Shown here: in pieces, positions 24,706 to 32,000 of the stretch
Layout: the number at the start of each line of letters is the position of its first letter
How positions within the stretch are numbered: position 1 is the first letter of the stretch
Origin: Vibrio alginolyticus NBRC 15630 = ATCC 17749
Lineage (GTDB): Bacteria > Pseudomonadota > Gammaproteobacteria > Enterobacterales > Vibrionaceae
Assembly (NCBI RefSeq): GCF_000354175.2
Contig: NC_022359.1
Coordinates: 210,001-242,000, forward strand
Reading direction: 5' to 3'
DNA: 32,000 nucleotides
Translations under genes and position numbers: made by a program
The notes under the pieces: model-generated
Told to the model about the DNA's origin: nothing
Databases searched by the model: none
The model's input: only the letters and a program-made list of their open reading frames with translations

Positions 24706-25608
24706 GTGCCAAACAAGATGAAAAAACTATTCGTAATCGTACTCAATCTTGTCATTCTTGGTGGCGCAGCTTGGCTCGGCTATCAAAAGTTTGAGGAATA
24801 CTTTAATAACCCATGGACACGAGATGGACAAGTGCGTGCCAACGTCATCAAAGTGGCTCCTCGCGTTTCAGGCCCAATTGTAAATGTCGCGGTGCAAGAC
24901 AACCAAGAAGTAAAAACGGGGGATTTACTGTTTGAAATCGACCCTGCGACTTACCAGGTTGCGTTATCTCAAGCCGAAGTAGCACTGGAGCGCTCCATTG
25001 TTAGCTCTCGCGGTAAAAAAATCGAATATGACCGCTTAAAAGACATTCGTGCCAAAGACCGTGGCGCGGTTTCGCACAAGGATCTGATTCGTCGTGAAAT
25101 CGCTTACGAAGAATCGCTACTGCAAATCAAATCTGCAGAAGAGCAACTAAAATCAGCACGCCTTAACCTCAGCTTTACCAAAGTTTATGCGACCGTCGAT
25201 GGTTTTGTATCTAACCTCGATATTAGAAACGGTACGCAAGCGGTCGCAAACCAACCACTGCTCGCACTGATCGACAAAAACAGCTTTTGGGTATTTGGTT
25301 TCTTCCGTGAAAACCAACTTGCGCAAATCGAACCTGGCAGCCAAGCGCGTGTCACTTTGATGTCTCACCCAGACACGCCAATTGACGCGACGGTTGACTC
25401 GATTGGTTGGGGTATTGCGCCCAAAGACGGCACGGTCGGCTACAACCTTCTTCCAAACGTAAACCCTGTTTTTCAGTGGATTCGCTTAGCACAACGTATT
25501 CCGGTGCGAATCTCCCTACAAGAACTTCCTGAAGATGTTGACCTTCGATTCGGGCTTTCTGCGTCCATCATGGTGATGAAAGAGTCATCCGCAGAAAGTG
25601 AACAATAA
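24706..25608 (+). CDS. HlyD/AaeA-like membrane-fusion (periplasmic adaptor) protein
   Basis: N-terminal TM helix. The lipoyl-like segment VAPRVSGPIVNVAVQDNQEVKTGDLLFEIDP is followed by a coiled coil and then YATVDGFVSN. The start is either GTG 24706 or ATG 24718 (MKKLFV). Confidence 0.85.
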   Translation: MPNKMKKLFVIVLNLVILGGAAWLGYQKFEEYFNNPWTRDGQVRANVIKVAPRVSGPIVNVAVQDNQEVKTGDLLFEIDPATYQVALSQAEVALERSIVSSRGKKIEYDRLKDIRAKDRGAVSHKDLIRREIAYEESLLQIKSAEEQLKSARLNLSFTKVYATVDGFVSNLDIRNGTQAVANQPLLALIDKNSFWVFGFFRENQLAQIEPGSQARVTLMSHPDTPIDATVDSIGWGIAPKDGTVGYNLLPNVNPVFQWIRLAQRIPVRISLQELPEDVDLRFGLSASIMVMKESSAESEQ

Positions 25609-25612
25609 CTAA

Positions 25613-26311
25613 GTGAGAAGAGCCATGGTCATTGGTAAAAACCTCAAAAATATTAATGAAGAAAACAACTTCTTCTATCTAACCTTAGCACTAGTGATTT
25701 TGTTGCTAGGGAGTGCGATGGCACAAGTCGTAGGTGAAGGGACGATTGAACACATACTTCAGGCTTTCACGGTTCTGACGTTTATCGTCTGTTTTGCGAG
25801 CCTTCGCTTTGACAAAACCTGGTCTCGTTTCCTCTACAGCCTGTTTGGTATTTGGGTTCTTGTGATTGTGATCAAGACCGTTTTCGACATCAGAGAGATG
25901 AATGTGGTGATGCTTGCCCTCACCTTTGCGTTCTTTTTCGGCACTTTTAAATCCATCGCAAGACAGATTCTTTTCACCGGCCATGTCAACAGCAACAAAG
26001 TCATTGGCTCGGTCGCGCTTTTCTTGCTGCTTGGTCTGATGTGGGCGATTGCCTACCTCATTCTGCTTGAGTTTTCGCCTGAAGCCTTTACCGGTATGGA
26101 AGCGATTTCTTGGGGGCAGAACTTCTCCAATGCAGCGTATTTCAGTTTCGTTACCTTAACCACGCTCGGTTATGGCGACATTAGTCCTCTAACACCACTG
26201 GCTCAAGTCGTGGTGTATTTAGAGGCCATCACAGGTGTTTTTTATATGGCGATTGTTGTTTCAAGTCTCGTCAGTTCTAACATTGATCATCAGGTAAACA
26301 AAAATGGATAA
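25613..26311 (+). CDS. Potassium channel family protein (pore-only, Ion_trans_2 type)
   Basis: The selectivity filter FVTLTTLGYGDISP lies between two C-terminal TM helices. Additional N-terminal TM helices lack voltage-sensor Arg repeats. The start is GTG 25613 or ATG 25625. Confidence 0.85.
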   Translation: MRRAMVIGKNLKNINEENNFFYLTLALVILLLGSAMAQVVGEGTIEHILQAFTVLTFIVCFASLRFDKTWSRFLYSLFGIWVLVIVIKTVFDIREMNVVMLALTFAFFFGTFKSIARQILFTGHVNSNKVIGSVALFLLLGLMWAIAYLILLEFSPEAFTGMEAISWGQNFSNAAYFSFVTLTTLGYGDISPLTPLAQVVVYLEAITGVFYMAIVVSSLVSSNIDHQVNKNG

Positions 26312-27452
26312 ACAATCGGTAAAAATCGACAGTAAGCTTTTCATCAGTAATATGGTGGAATCAGCAATACGCATTGGCTTGATCTTTGTCTTGCTGATGT
26401 TTACGTACGACATCATCAAACCCTTCATACTTCCGGTTATTTGGGGCGCTATTATAGCCGTCGCTTTAATGCCGCTTACCCAAAAATTGCAGCGTGTATA
26501 TGGTGGTCGCAGAGGCCTGGCAGCCACAACCATTGCTTTACTTGGTATTGCCCTCCTTGTCACGCCACTTGTTATGGTATCAGGCTCCATTGTGGATGGT
26601 GCAACGCACGCGCTTGAAGTACTACAAAATGGACAAGTGAAAATACCAGGGCCAAAAGCTTCCGTAGCGGATTGGCCTATCGTGGGTGATAAGCTCTACG
26701 AAGTGTGGACCCTATTCGCTACTAATCTTGAACAAGCTATTCAAACCTTTATGCCACAAATAAAGGCAGGGCTCACATCTTTACTGGGTACACTTGGGGG
26801 CGTATTGGGAAGTTTACTGCTTTCAATCTTGTCACTTGCGATTGCAGCAGGTTTCATGACGTACTCTGAATCTGCGGCATCAGGCCTAAGAACCATCGCG
26901 ATTCGAACCGCAGGTGAAAACGCAAAAAGCTGGACCACGCTTATCGCAGCGACAATTAAAAGCGTACTGCTTGGCGTAGTCGGTGTAGCGGCGATTCAAG
27001 CACTGTTGATCGGTGCTGGTTTCTTCGTATTTGGCGTTCCGGCAGCAGGTTTACTCACACTGCTTCTAATGATTTTATGTATCGCTCAGCTCCCGGCGTT
27101 GCTCGCTGTGCTACCTGTGATTGGCTTCATGTACATGACCCAAGACACCTCAACAGCAACCATGTTTACTGTTTGGGTCGTAGTTGCGGCTCTTTCTGAA
27201 AACCTGTTCAAACCAATGTTAATGGGACGTGGCGTCGACGTGCCAATGCCTGTGATTCTGCTCGGTGCCATCGGTGGTATGCTTTTCTACGGCATCGTTG
27301 GTCTGTTCTTAGGTGCCGTTATCCTAGCAATTTGGTATGAGTTATTTGTTTGGTGGTTAAGCATTGAGAAAGCACAACAGCAAGAAGAAATGGCAGAACA
27401 ACAAGACGCTTCTAATGACCAATCAGAACCTGGACACGGTGCAGGCATATAA
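26304..27452 (+). CDS. AI-2E (PerM/UPF0118) family transporter
   Basis: 382 aa with about 8 TM helices. The topology and Gly-rich C-terminal helices are typical of AI-2E. The gene overlaps the channel gene by 8 nt. Confidence 0.85.
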   Translation: MDKQSVKIDSKLFISNMVESAIRIGLIFVLLMFTYDIIKPFILPVIWGAIIAVALMPLTQKLQRVYGGRRGLAATTIALLGIALLVTPLVMVSGSIVDGATHALEVLQNGQVKIPGPKASVADWPIVGDKLYEVWTLFATNLEQAIQTFMPQIKAGLTSLLGTLGGVLGSLLLSILSLAIAAGFMTYSESAASGLRTIAIRTAGENAKSWTTLIAATIKSVLLGVVGVAAIQALLIGAGFFVFGVPAAGLLTLLLMILCIAQLPALLAVLPVIGFMYMTQDTSTATMFTVWVVVAALSENLFKPMLMGRGVDVPMPVILLGAIGGMLFYGIVGLFLGAVILAIWYELFVWWLSIEKAQQQEEMAEQQDASNDQSEPGHGAGI

Positions 27453-27496
27453 TAAATCAATAAGTTAGAAATAAATTTAATCTATAACTTATGATA

Positions 27497-27530
27497 TCAA
27501 ACCGCTGCATTTCAGCGGTTTGATTCTATT
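27497..27530 (+). terminator. Rho-independent terminator of the efflux/channel/AI-2E cluster
   Basis: TCAAACCGCTG (27497-27507), loop cattt, CAGCGGTTTGA (27513-27523). This is a perfect 11-bp stem followed by TTCTATTT. Confidence 0.85.
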
Positions 27531-27668
27531 TGGATCACAGTTTCGTCGTAATAAATGCGATAAAAATGACGTTCTTGTTAAATTTTCATACTTATTACAC
27601 TTGGGAGTTGCAATCGGGCAATGAACGATGCACTCTCGATGACCACTAATTTGCTTAGGATAAAAACA

Positions 27669-28340
27669 ATGAAATTGATCAAGCCTTTAACTTGTGCGCT
27701 TGCTCTCGCAATGAGTGGCATGGCATTCGCAGATGTAACCGTGAGTGTTCCTGACAACGTTTCAGTATTAGCGGCTAACGGTGAAAAAGCAGATCTTTCG
27801 GGTGGTTTTTTCGCCTCTGAAAGAACACTGACGTTACCTGATGGCCTTAACCAAGTCGTATTTCGTTTCGCCCCTTACTTCAACCAAGGTAATGACCGTT
27901 TAAGTGTTGAAAGCGATGTTATCGTTACACGATTTGACGCGACCAATGCCGAACTCACTCTACAAATGCCAGAATACCGCAACCTACGTGATGCGGAAGA
28001 GAAGATCAAAGACTTAGATTGGAAACTGGTTGATGATTCTGGCAACGCAATCGCGGTTGACCAGGACAAGTTGCTCAAACCGGGTATGCAAATCGGTCGT
28101 GATTACGTGCGTGAAATCGAAGATTATAACCAAGCTGGCGGTGCAGCAGCCGTGGCTTTTGCTGGCGCAGCAACCATGCAGCCAGTCACGCTTCCTGCAA
28201 AGGTTCCTGCGGATATGAAGCAAGTGAGAGCAACTGCGGTTAAAGCGGATTCGACAGCTGAAGAGATGCTGCACTTCTGGTACCAAAAAGCAGACGCAGA
28301 AACCAAAGCTCGCTTTAAGAAATATGTTAATCAACAGTAA
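27669..28340 (+). CDS. yccT: YccT/UPF0319 (DUF2057) family periplasmic protein
   Basis: Signal peptide MKLIKPLTCALALAMSGMAFA. It is colinear with E. coli YccT features: LPDG.NQVVFRF, and the C-terminal EMLHFWYQKADAETKARFKKY resembles LKYWF..AD..TR..F. ATG 27669 has the SD AGGA, and the upstream extension in the ORF track is unlikely to be translated. Confidence 0.8.
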   Translation: MKLIKPLTCALALAMSGMAFADVTVSVPDNVSVLAANGEKADLSGGFFASERTLTLPDGLNQVVFRFAPYFNQGNDRLSVESDVIVTRFDATNAELTLQMPEYRNLRDAEEKIKDLDWKLVDDSGNAIAVDQDKLLKPGMQIGRDYVREIEDYNQAGGAAAVAFAGAATMQPVTLPAKVPADMKQVRATAVKADSTAEEMLHFWYQKADAETKARFKKYVNQQ

Positions 28341-28363
28341 ATCTGGTTAACTTTATCGATATT

Positions 28364-28390
28364 AAAAAAGCCACTTCACGTGGCTTTTTT
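28364..28390. terminator. Bidirectional rho-independent terminator between yccT-like and RDD genes
   Basis: AAAAAAGCCAC, loop ttcac, GTGGCTTTTTT. Both strands have a U-run. Confidence 0.8.
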
Positions 28391-28399
28391 GATCAAAAA

Positions 28400-28846
28400 T
28401 TAGGAAGCTTGGACAACTTTAGTATTGGCGATCAAGTCATGCAACAATCGTCGCTCCGGATGAAAGAACAACAATGCCAAATTTACCAACGGGATCCCCG
28501 GAATGAGCATCTCCAGCAAGTAGCTAATAACAAGCCTTAACCCTGCTGTAACTTTCGTTGCCTTACTATCATTTTTCATTACAACTTTAATACCAATCAT
28601 GCGCATACCAATGGTTTGCCCATGACTCAATGCATTCCAGTTGATCATTAAAACCGTTGGTAAAGAAAGCAAGTAAAACGCCTGAGTTTCACGAACAAGC
28701 GTGAGGTTATCTGCTAAAGAGAGCTGAAAGTCGTTAAGAAAAGAGTTAATACTCAATGCGATGATTAACACGACCACCATCGCAAAGAGCAGGTCGATAA
28801 AACCAGCAATGATTCTCTGTTGCTTGCTCGCGATAAAAGCATACAT
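28400..28846 (-). CDS. RDD family membrane protein
   Basis: 148 aa, 3 TM. The motifs are RIIAGFIDLLF ... GQTIGMRMIGIKVV ... RLLHDLIANTKVV. Confidence 0.8.
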   Translation of the reverse strand: MYAFIASKQQRIIAGFIDLLFAMVVVLIIALSINSFLNDFQLSLADNLTLVRETQAFYLLSLPTVLMINWNALSHGQTIGMRMIGIKVVMKNDSKATKVTAGLRLVISYLLEMLIPGIPLVNLALLFFHPERRLLHDLIANTKVVQAS

Positions 28847-29026
28847 GGACTTCAGTCACCTCAATGTAATTGGTTAAGCGAGAATGACTGAGTGTACAGA
28901 CGCGCAATGGTGAGCGCAGTTTAGGTATTGCCAACATAATATTCAACTAAGAACATACTAAATCGCGGTCGTATCTCAAAAGTAATCATTACATCTTGAG
29001 CATAACCGTATCAATTTAACAAAACG

Positions 29027-29791
29027 CTACCAGTAACGTTCGTAAATGATATTTCCCCCAGTTTGATGGCGATACTTTTCCAAGCCTAGCTCTTGTAAAA
29101 CGGGCACGGTATCTTTGATCATTTGTGGATTCCCACACATCATGACAAAGCTACGCTGAGCTGAGAATGGCGCATCAGCGGCGTTGGACAGTAAACCCGA
29201 TTCGATGAGTTCAGGAATTCGGCCTTGTAATTTACCATCAACCACTTCCCTGCTGACTATCGGTATATACTTTAATCTGCCTTCATATCGTTGCTGAAGC
29301 TGTTCAATTAGGTATTTATAAACCAGATCTTTTTCGAAACGAACGGCATGAACCAGCACAATGCGCTCATTGTGAGGCGGTAAGTTTATATCATCCAGCA
29401 GCGACAAAAACGGTCCAATCCCCGTACCTGTAGATAGCAGCCACAGGTCATGAGCCTGTTTAGGAATAGAATCATGGATTAAATCGCCATGTGCGGTGGT
29501 ACCGACATAAATGCTATCACCAGATTTAAGCTTTTGGAGCCGTGGAGAAAGTTGTCCTTGAGGGTCGGCTACTATTAGAAACTCCAACCAATCGAATTGC
29601 TCGCTTGGCGCATTAACCACAGAGTAAGCGCGGCTGATCGGCTTACCTTCATCATCAAGCAAAGCAAGCTTGGTGAATTGGCCAGCTTTAAAGGAAAGAG
29701 GCGCGCCAGATATTCTCAAACTGAACAGCTCACCTGTCCAATCGATGCGTTTCTCAACTCTTGCGAGGTTGAAACCTTTGAGTTCAATCAT
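29027..29791 (-). CDS. fpr: Ferredoxin/flavodoxin-NADP+ reductase
   Basis: 254 aa. FKAGQFTKLAL, the FAD motif RAYSVVN, LSPRL, the NADP motif LLSTGTGIGPFLS, MMCGNPQM and the terminal YERYW are colinear with E. coli Fpr. An SD AGGAGG is present. Confidence 0.9.
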   Translation of the reverse strand: MIELKGFNLARVEKRIDWTGELFSLRISGAPLSFKAGQFTKLALLDDEGKPISRAYSVVNAPSEQFDWLEFLIVADPQGQLSPRLQKLKSGDSIYVGTTAHGDLIHDSIPKQAHDLWLLSTGTGIGPFLSLLDDINLPPHNERIVLVHAVRFEKDLVYKYLIEQLQQRYEGRLKYIPIVSREVVDGKLQGRIPELIESGLLSNAADAPFSAQRSFVMMCGNPQMIKDTVPVLQELGLEKYRHQTGGNIIYERYW

Positions 29792-30001
29792 GAGACACCT
29801 CCTATCTGGTTACTCTTAGTTAAACTTACGCCTTCAACTCGATTATGTAAAGTTTCTGGTTTACATAATCAAACCACTATTTCATTTCACATTTTAAAAA
29901 CAATTTTATTACATATTAAATGATTACATCTAGAATAAATGCTCAAAGTGATAAGTCGCGTCGCAATTTGTGGCAAAGCAGATGAAAAAGGAGCAATAGA
30001 A

Positions 30002-30454
30002 ATGGACACACTGTTAAAGGACTTTCCCGTTATCACAGAGATAAAAGTCGCATGGGGTGAAATGGATGCTCTGCAACACGTTAATAACGTGGTCTATTTT
30101 CGCTACTTCGAGACCGCACGTTTAGATTACTTCAACAAAATTAACCTGCTGGTCGACCTGCAGACCTCGCAAATTGGGCCAGTACTGAGCGAGACTCAAT
30201 GCCGCTACAAATTGCCTGTTACTTACCCAGACACGCTATTAGTCGGTTCTCGCGTAATCGACATGCAAGAAGATCGCATCACGATGGAGTACCAAGTGCT
30301 GAGTAAGAAGTGGGGTAAAATTGCGACCATCGCGACCGCCACTGGTGTGATGTTTGATTTTAAGAACAACGTAAAAGCGGCGATTCCAGACCACGTTCGC
30401 CAGTCGATTTTAGATTTGGAAGGAACTGTGGGTAGCACGCATCATTTAGAGTAG
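30002..30454 (+). CDS. Acyl-CoA thioesterase, 4HBT (hotdog, YbgC-like) family
   Basis: The catalytic motif is WGEMDALQHVNNVVYFRYFETARLDYF. ATG 30002 has the SD AAGGAG. The 21-codon extension from 29939 in the ORF track is unlikely to be translated. Confidence 0.85.
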   Translation: MDTLLKDFPVITEIKVAWGEMDALQHVNNVVYFRYFETARLDYFNKINLLVDLQTSQIGPVLSETQCRYKLPVTYPDTLLVGSRVIDMQEDRITMEYQVLSKKWGKIATIATATGVMFDFKNNVKAAIPDHVRQSILDLEGTVGSTHHLE

Positions 30455-30480
30455 CAAGAAATGAGAGATTAAAGGCGAGG

Positions 30481-30513
30481 TTCCCGACAGCGATTCTTCA
30501 TCGCTGTCGGGAA
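30481..30513. repeat. REP-like perfect hairpin (13-bp stem, 7-nt loop) 3' of the thioesterase gene
   Basis: TTCCCGACAGCGA, loop ttcttca, TCGCTGTCGGGAA. No U-run follows. Its ends (TTCCC...GGGAAT) resemble the palindromic units of the adjacent array. Confidence 0.6.
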
Positions 30514-30528
30514 TAACGTATGGCTAAT

Positions 30529-31423
30529 CTTCCAACCTACGCGATAAGAGAACTAGCGTCATTCTAGCGAGCCAAGGCGAGACTAAGAATCTACTTACCG
30601 CTTGCTGCAGGCCTATAGAGATATAAATAAACTCAATACAATCTGAGAGTAGATTCTGAATCACGCTCGTTCCTCGCGGTTCAGAATGACGGTTCGAGTT
30701 TGGCTCTGACCTCTACAAAACTATCTAAAAAAGTGATTCCAGACAAGCCTAAGTGACCATCCGGAATCTCGCTTTAGACGCATCAGCAGAGCGACTCTTC
30801 CAGCCTACGCGATAAGAAAAACTTCGTCATTCTAGCGAGCCATAGCAAGACTAAGAATCTACTTACCGCTTGCAGCAGACCATAAAGCCATGAATAAACT
30901 CAATACAATCTGAGGGTAGATTCTGAATCACGCTCGTTCCTCGCGGTTCAGAATGACGGTTCGAGTTTGGCTCTGACCTCTACAAAACCATCTAAAAAAG
31001 CGATTCCAGAAGAACCTAAGTGAGTCACTCGGAATCTCGCTTTAAACGTATCAGTAGAGCGACTCTTCCAGCCTACGCGATAAGAAAAGCTACGTCATTC
31101 TAGCGAGCCAAAGCGAGACTAAGAATCTACTTGCCGCTTGCTGCAGACCATAAAGCCATGAATAAACTCAATACAATCTGAAGGTAGATTCTGATTCACG
31201 CTCGTTCCTCGCGGTTCAGAATGACGGTTCGAGTTTGACTCTGACCTCTACAAAACCATCTAAAAAAGCGATTCCAGACAAGCCTAAGTGACCATCCGAA
31301 ATCTCGCTTGAGACGCATCAGCAGCGCGACTCTTCCAGCCTACGCGATAAGAAAAGCTGCGTCATTCTAGCGAGCCATAGCGAGACTAAGAATCTGCTTG
31401 CCGCTTGCTGCAGACCATAGAGC
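30529..31423. repeat. Tandem array of 3.3 copies of a 267-268 bp non-coding composite unit
   Basis: Units start at the CTTCCARCCTACGCGATAAGA motif at 30529, 30797, 31065 and 31332. The last unit is truncated near 31423. Copies are roughly 90% identical by eye. There is no ORF of 60 aa or more on either strand. Confidence 0.9.
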
Positions 31424-31425
31424 GG

Positions 31426-31644
31426 TTAGCAGAATGTCTCGATGTACAGCGCTTCCACCTTATCTCTGGCCCATTGCGTTTTACGCAGGAACTTCAGCGA
31501 CGATTTGATTGAAGGATCTTTCTTGAAACAGTTCACACGAACGCGCTCATACATGCCATTCCAACCAAAGTGTTCAACTAGTCGGGTGACGATTTTCTCT
31601 AAACTCAACCCGTGAAGTGGGTTATTCGGCTGCTGTTGGCTCAT
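31426..31644 (-). CDS. VF530 family (DUF2132) small DNA-binding-like protein
   Basis: 72 aa. The family-typical sequence is [20 protein letters not shown]......[29 protein letters not shown]. Confidence 0.85.
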   Translation of the reverse strand: MSQQQPNNPLHGLSLEKIVTRLVEHFGWNGMYERVRVNCFKKDPSIKSSLKFLRKTQWARDKVEALYIETFC

Positions 31645-31776
31645 GCTATTGATCCGGTAAAGTGAAGTTGCGCGCTAATCTAACTCAAACTCGCCGTGCA
31701 ACCTAATGTTTTAACCTTGAATTGGCCTACGACTCTCCCCTATAGTAGCCCAAACTTCTTAAAAGCCCTTTTCATT

Positions 31777-32000
31777 ATGAAAGCCCTCAACGACCTCAAT
31801 ATTTTTGTCGAAACCGCGCGCCAAGGCAGCTTTTCAAAAGCCGCTAACAGTATGGACATGACACCTGCCGCCATTAGCGCATCGATTAAGCGTCTTGAAG
31901 GGCAAATCGGTTTCCCGTTGTTTGTGCGTTCCACCCGAAGCCTGCGTTTAACCTCAGAGGGCGAACTGTTTTTAGACAAAACCACGCAAGCGTTGGCAAC
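31777..32000 (+). CDS. LysR family transcriptional regulator, 3' end outside the window
   Basis: The plus-strand frame from ATG 31777 stays open to the window edge. It reads MKALNDLNIFVETARQGSFSKAANSMDMTPAAISASIKRLEGQIGFPLFVRSTRSLRLTSEG, a canonical LysR HTH. It is missing from the ORF track because it has no stop. The listed minus-strand ORF 31740-31985 is its antisense shadow. Confidence 0.85.
   Translation, partial: MKALNDLNIFVETARQGSFSKAANSMDMTPAAISASIKRLEGQIGFPLFVRSTRSLRLTSEGELFLDKTTQALA

Noticed and set aside
30721-30783. A 19-20 codon minus-strand ORF inside the repeat unit (MRLKRD(S/F)GWSLRLVWN...) as a tandemly repeated type I toxin peptide
   Set aside because: The ATG is present in units 1 and 3 but is mutated to ATA in unit 2. 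The peptide is not hydrophobic. No other small ORF is conserved across the copies.
30529-31423. Could the repeat array be a CRISPR locus?
   Set aside because: The entire 267-268 bp unit is repeated head to tail. There are no short (25-40 bp) repeats alternating with unique spacers, and no cas genes are nearby.
31740-31985. Minus-strand 81-aa ORF from the track
   Set aside because: It is the antisense shadow of a plus-strand LysR-family N-terminus (canonical HTH) that runs off the window edge and so was not listed.

Overview
This window looks like a Vibrio (Harveyi-clade-like, probably chromosome II) segment of about 45% GC by eye. I saw no rRNA, tRNA, IS element or CRISPR array. From left to right it contains the following. 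(1) The distal end of the lateral-flagellar (laf) cluster: fliK (5'-truncated by the window edge), fliL, sigma-28 lafS, and the stator genes lafT/lafU (motAB-like). (2) A visibly AT-rich islet of four small genes: a 3-TM peptide, a 72-aa protein, a bPH-domain protein and a Trp-rich TIGR02450 protein. (3) A divergent HPP-membrane-protein/TetR pair separated by twin palindromic operators. (4) The most interesting module: a dehydratase-type glycyl radical enzyme (YbiW/PflD family), its radical-SAM activase, and a divergent fructose-6-phosphate aldolase. The divergent control region carries a perfect FNR box. (5) creB-creC-creD plus a DUF2809-like gene. (6) A DUF2799 lipoprotein, two GNAT acetyltransferases, mdtL-yidZ and an EamA transporter. 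(7) A tightly packed six-gene, same-strand cluster: FUSC pump, NodT outer-membrane factor, DUF1656, HlyD adaptor, a TTLGYGD K+ channel and an AI-2E transporter. (8) yccT-like, RDD, fpr and 4HBT thioesterase genes. (9) A non-coding tandem array of 3.3 copies of a 267-268 bp composite unit built from alternately oriented palindromic units. (10) A VF530-family gene and the 5' end of a LysR regulator. All functional calls come from reading the ORF translations and motifs. No database search was run.
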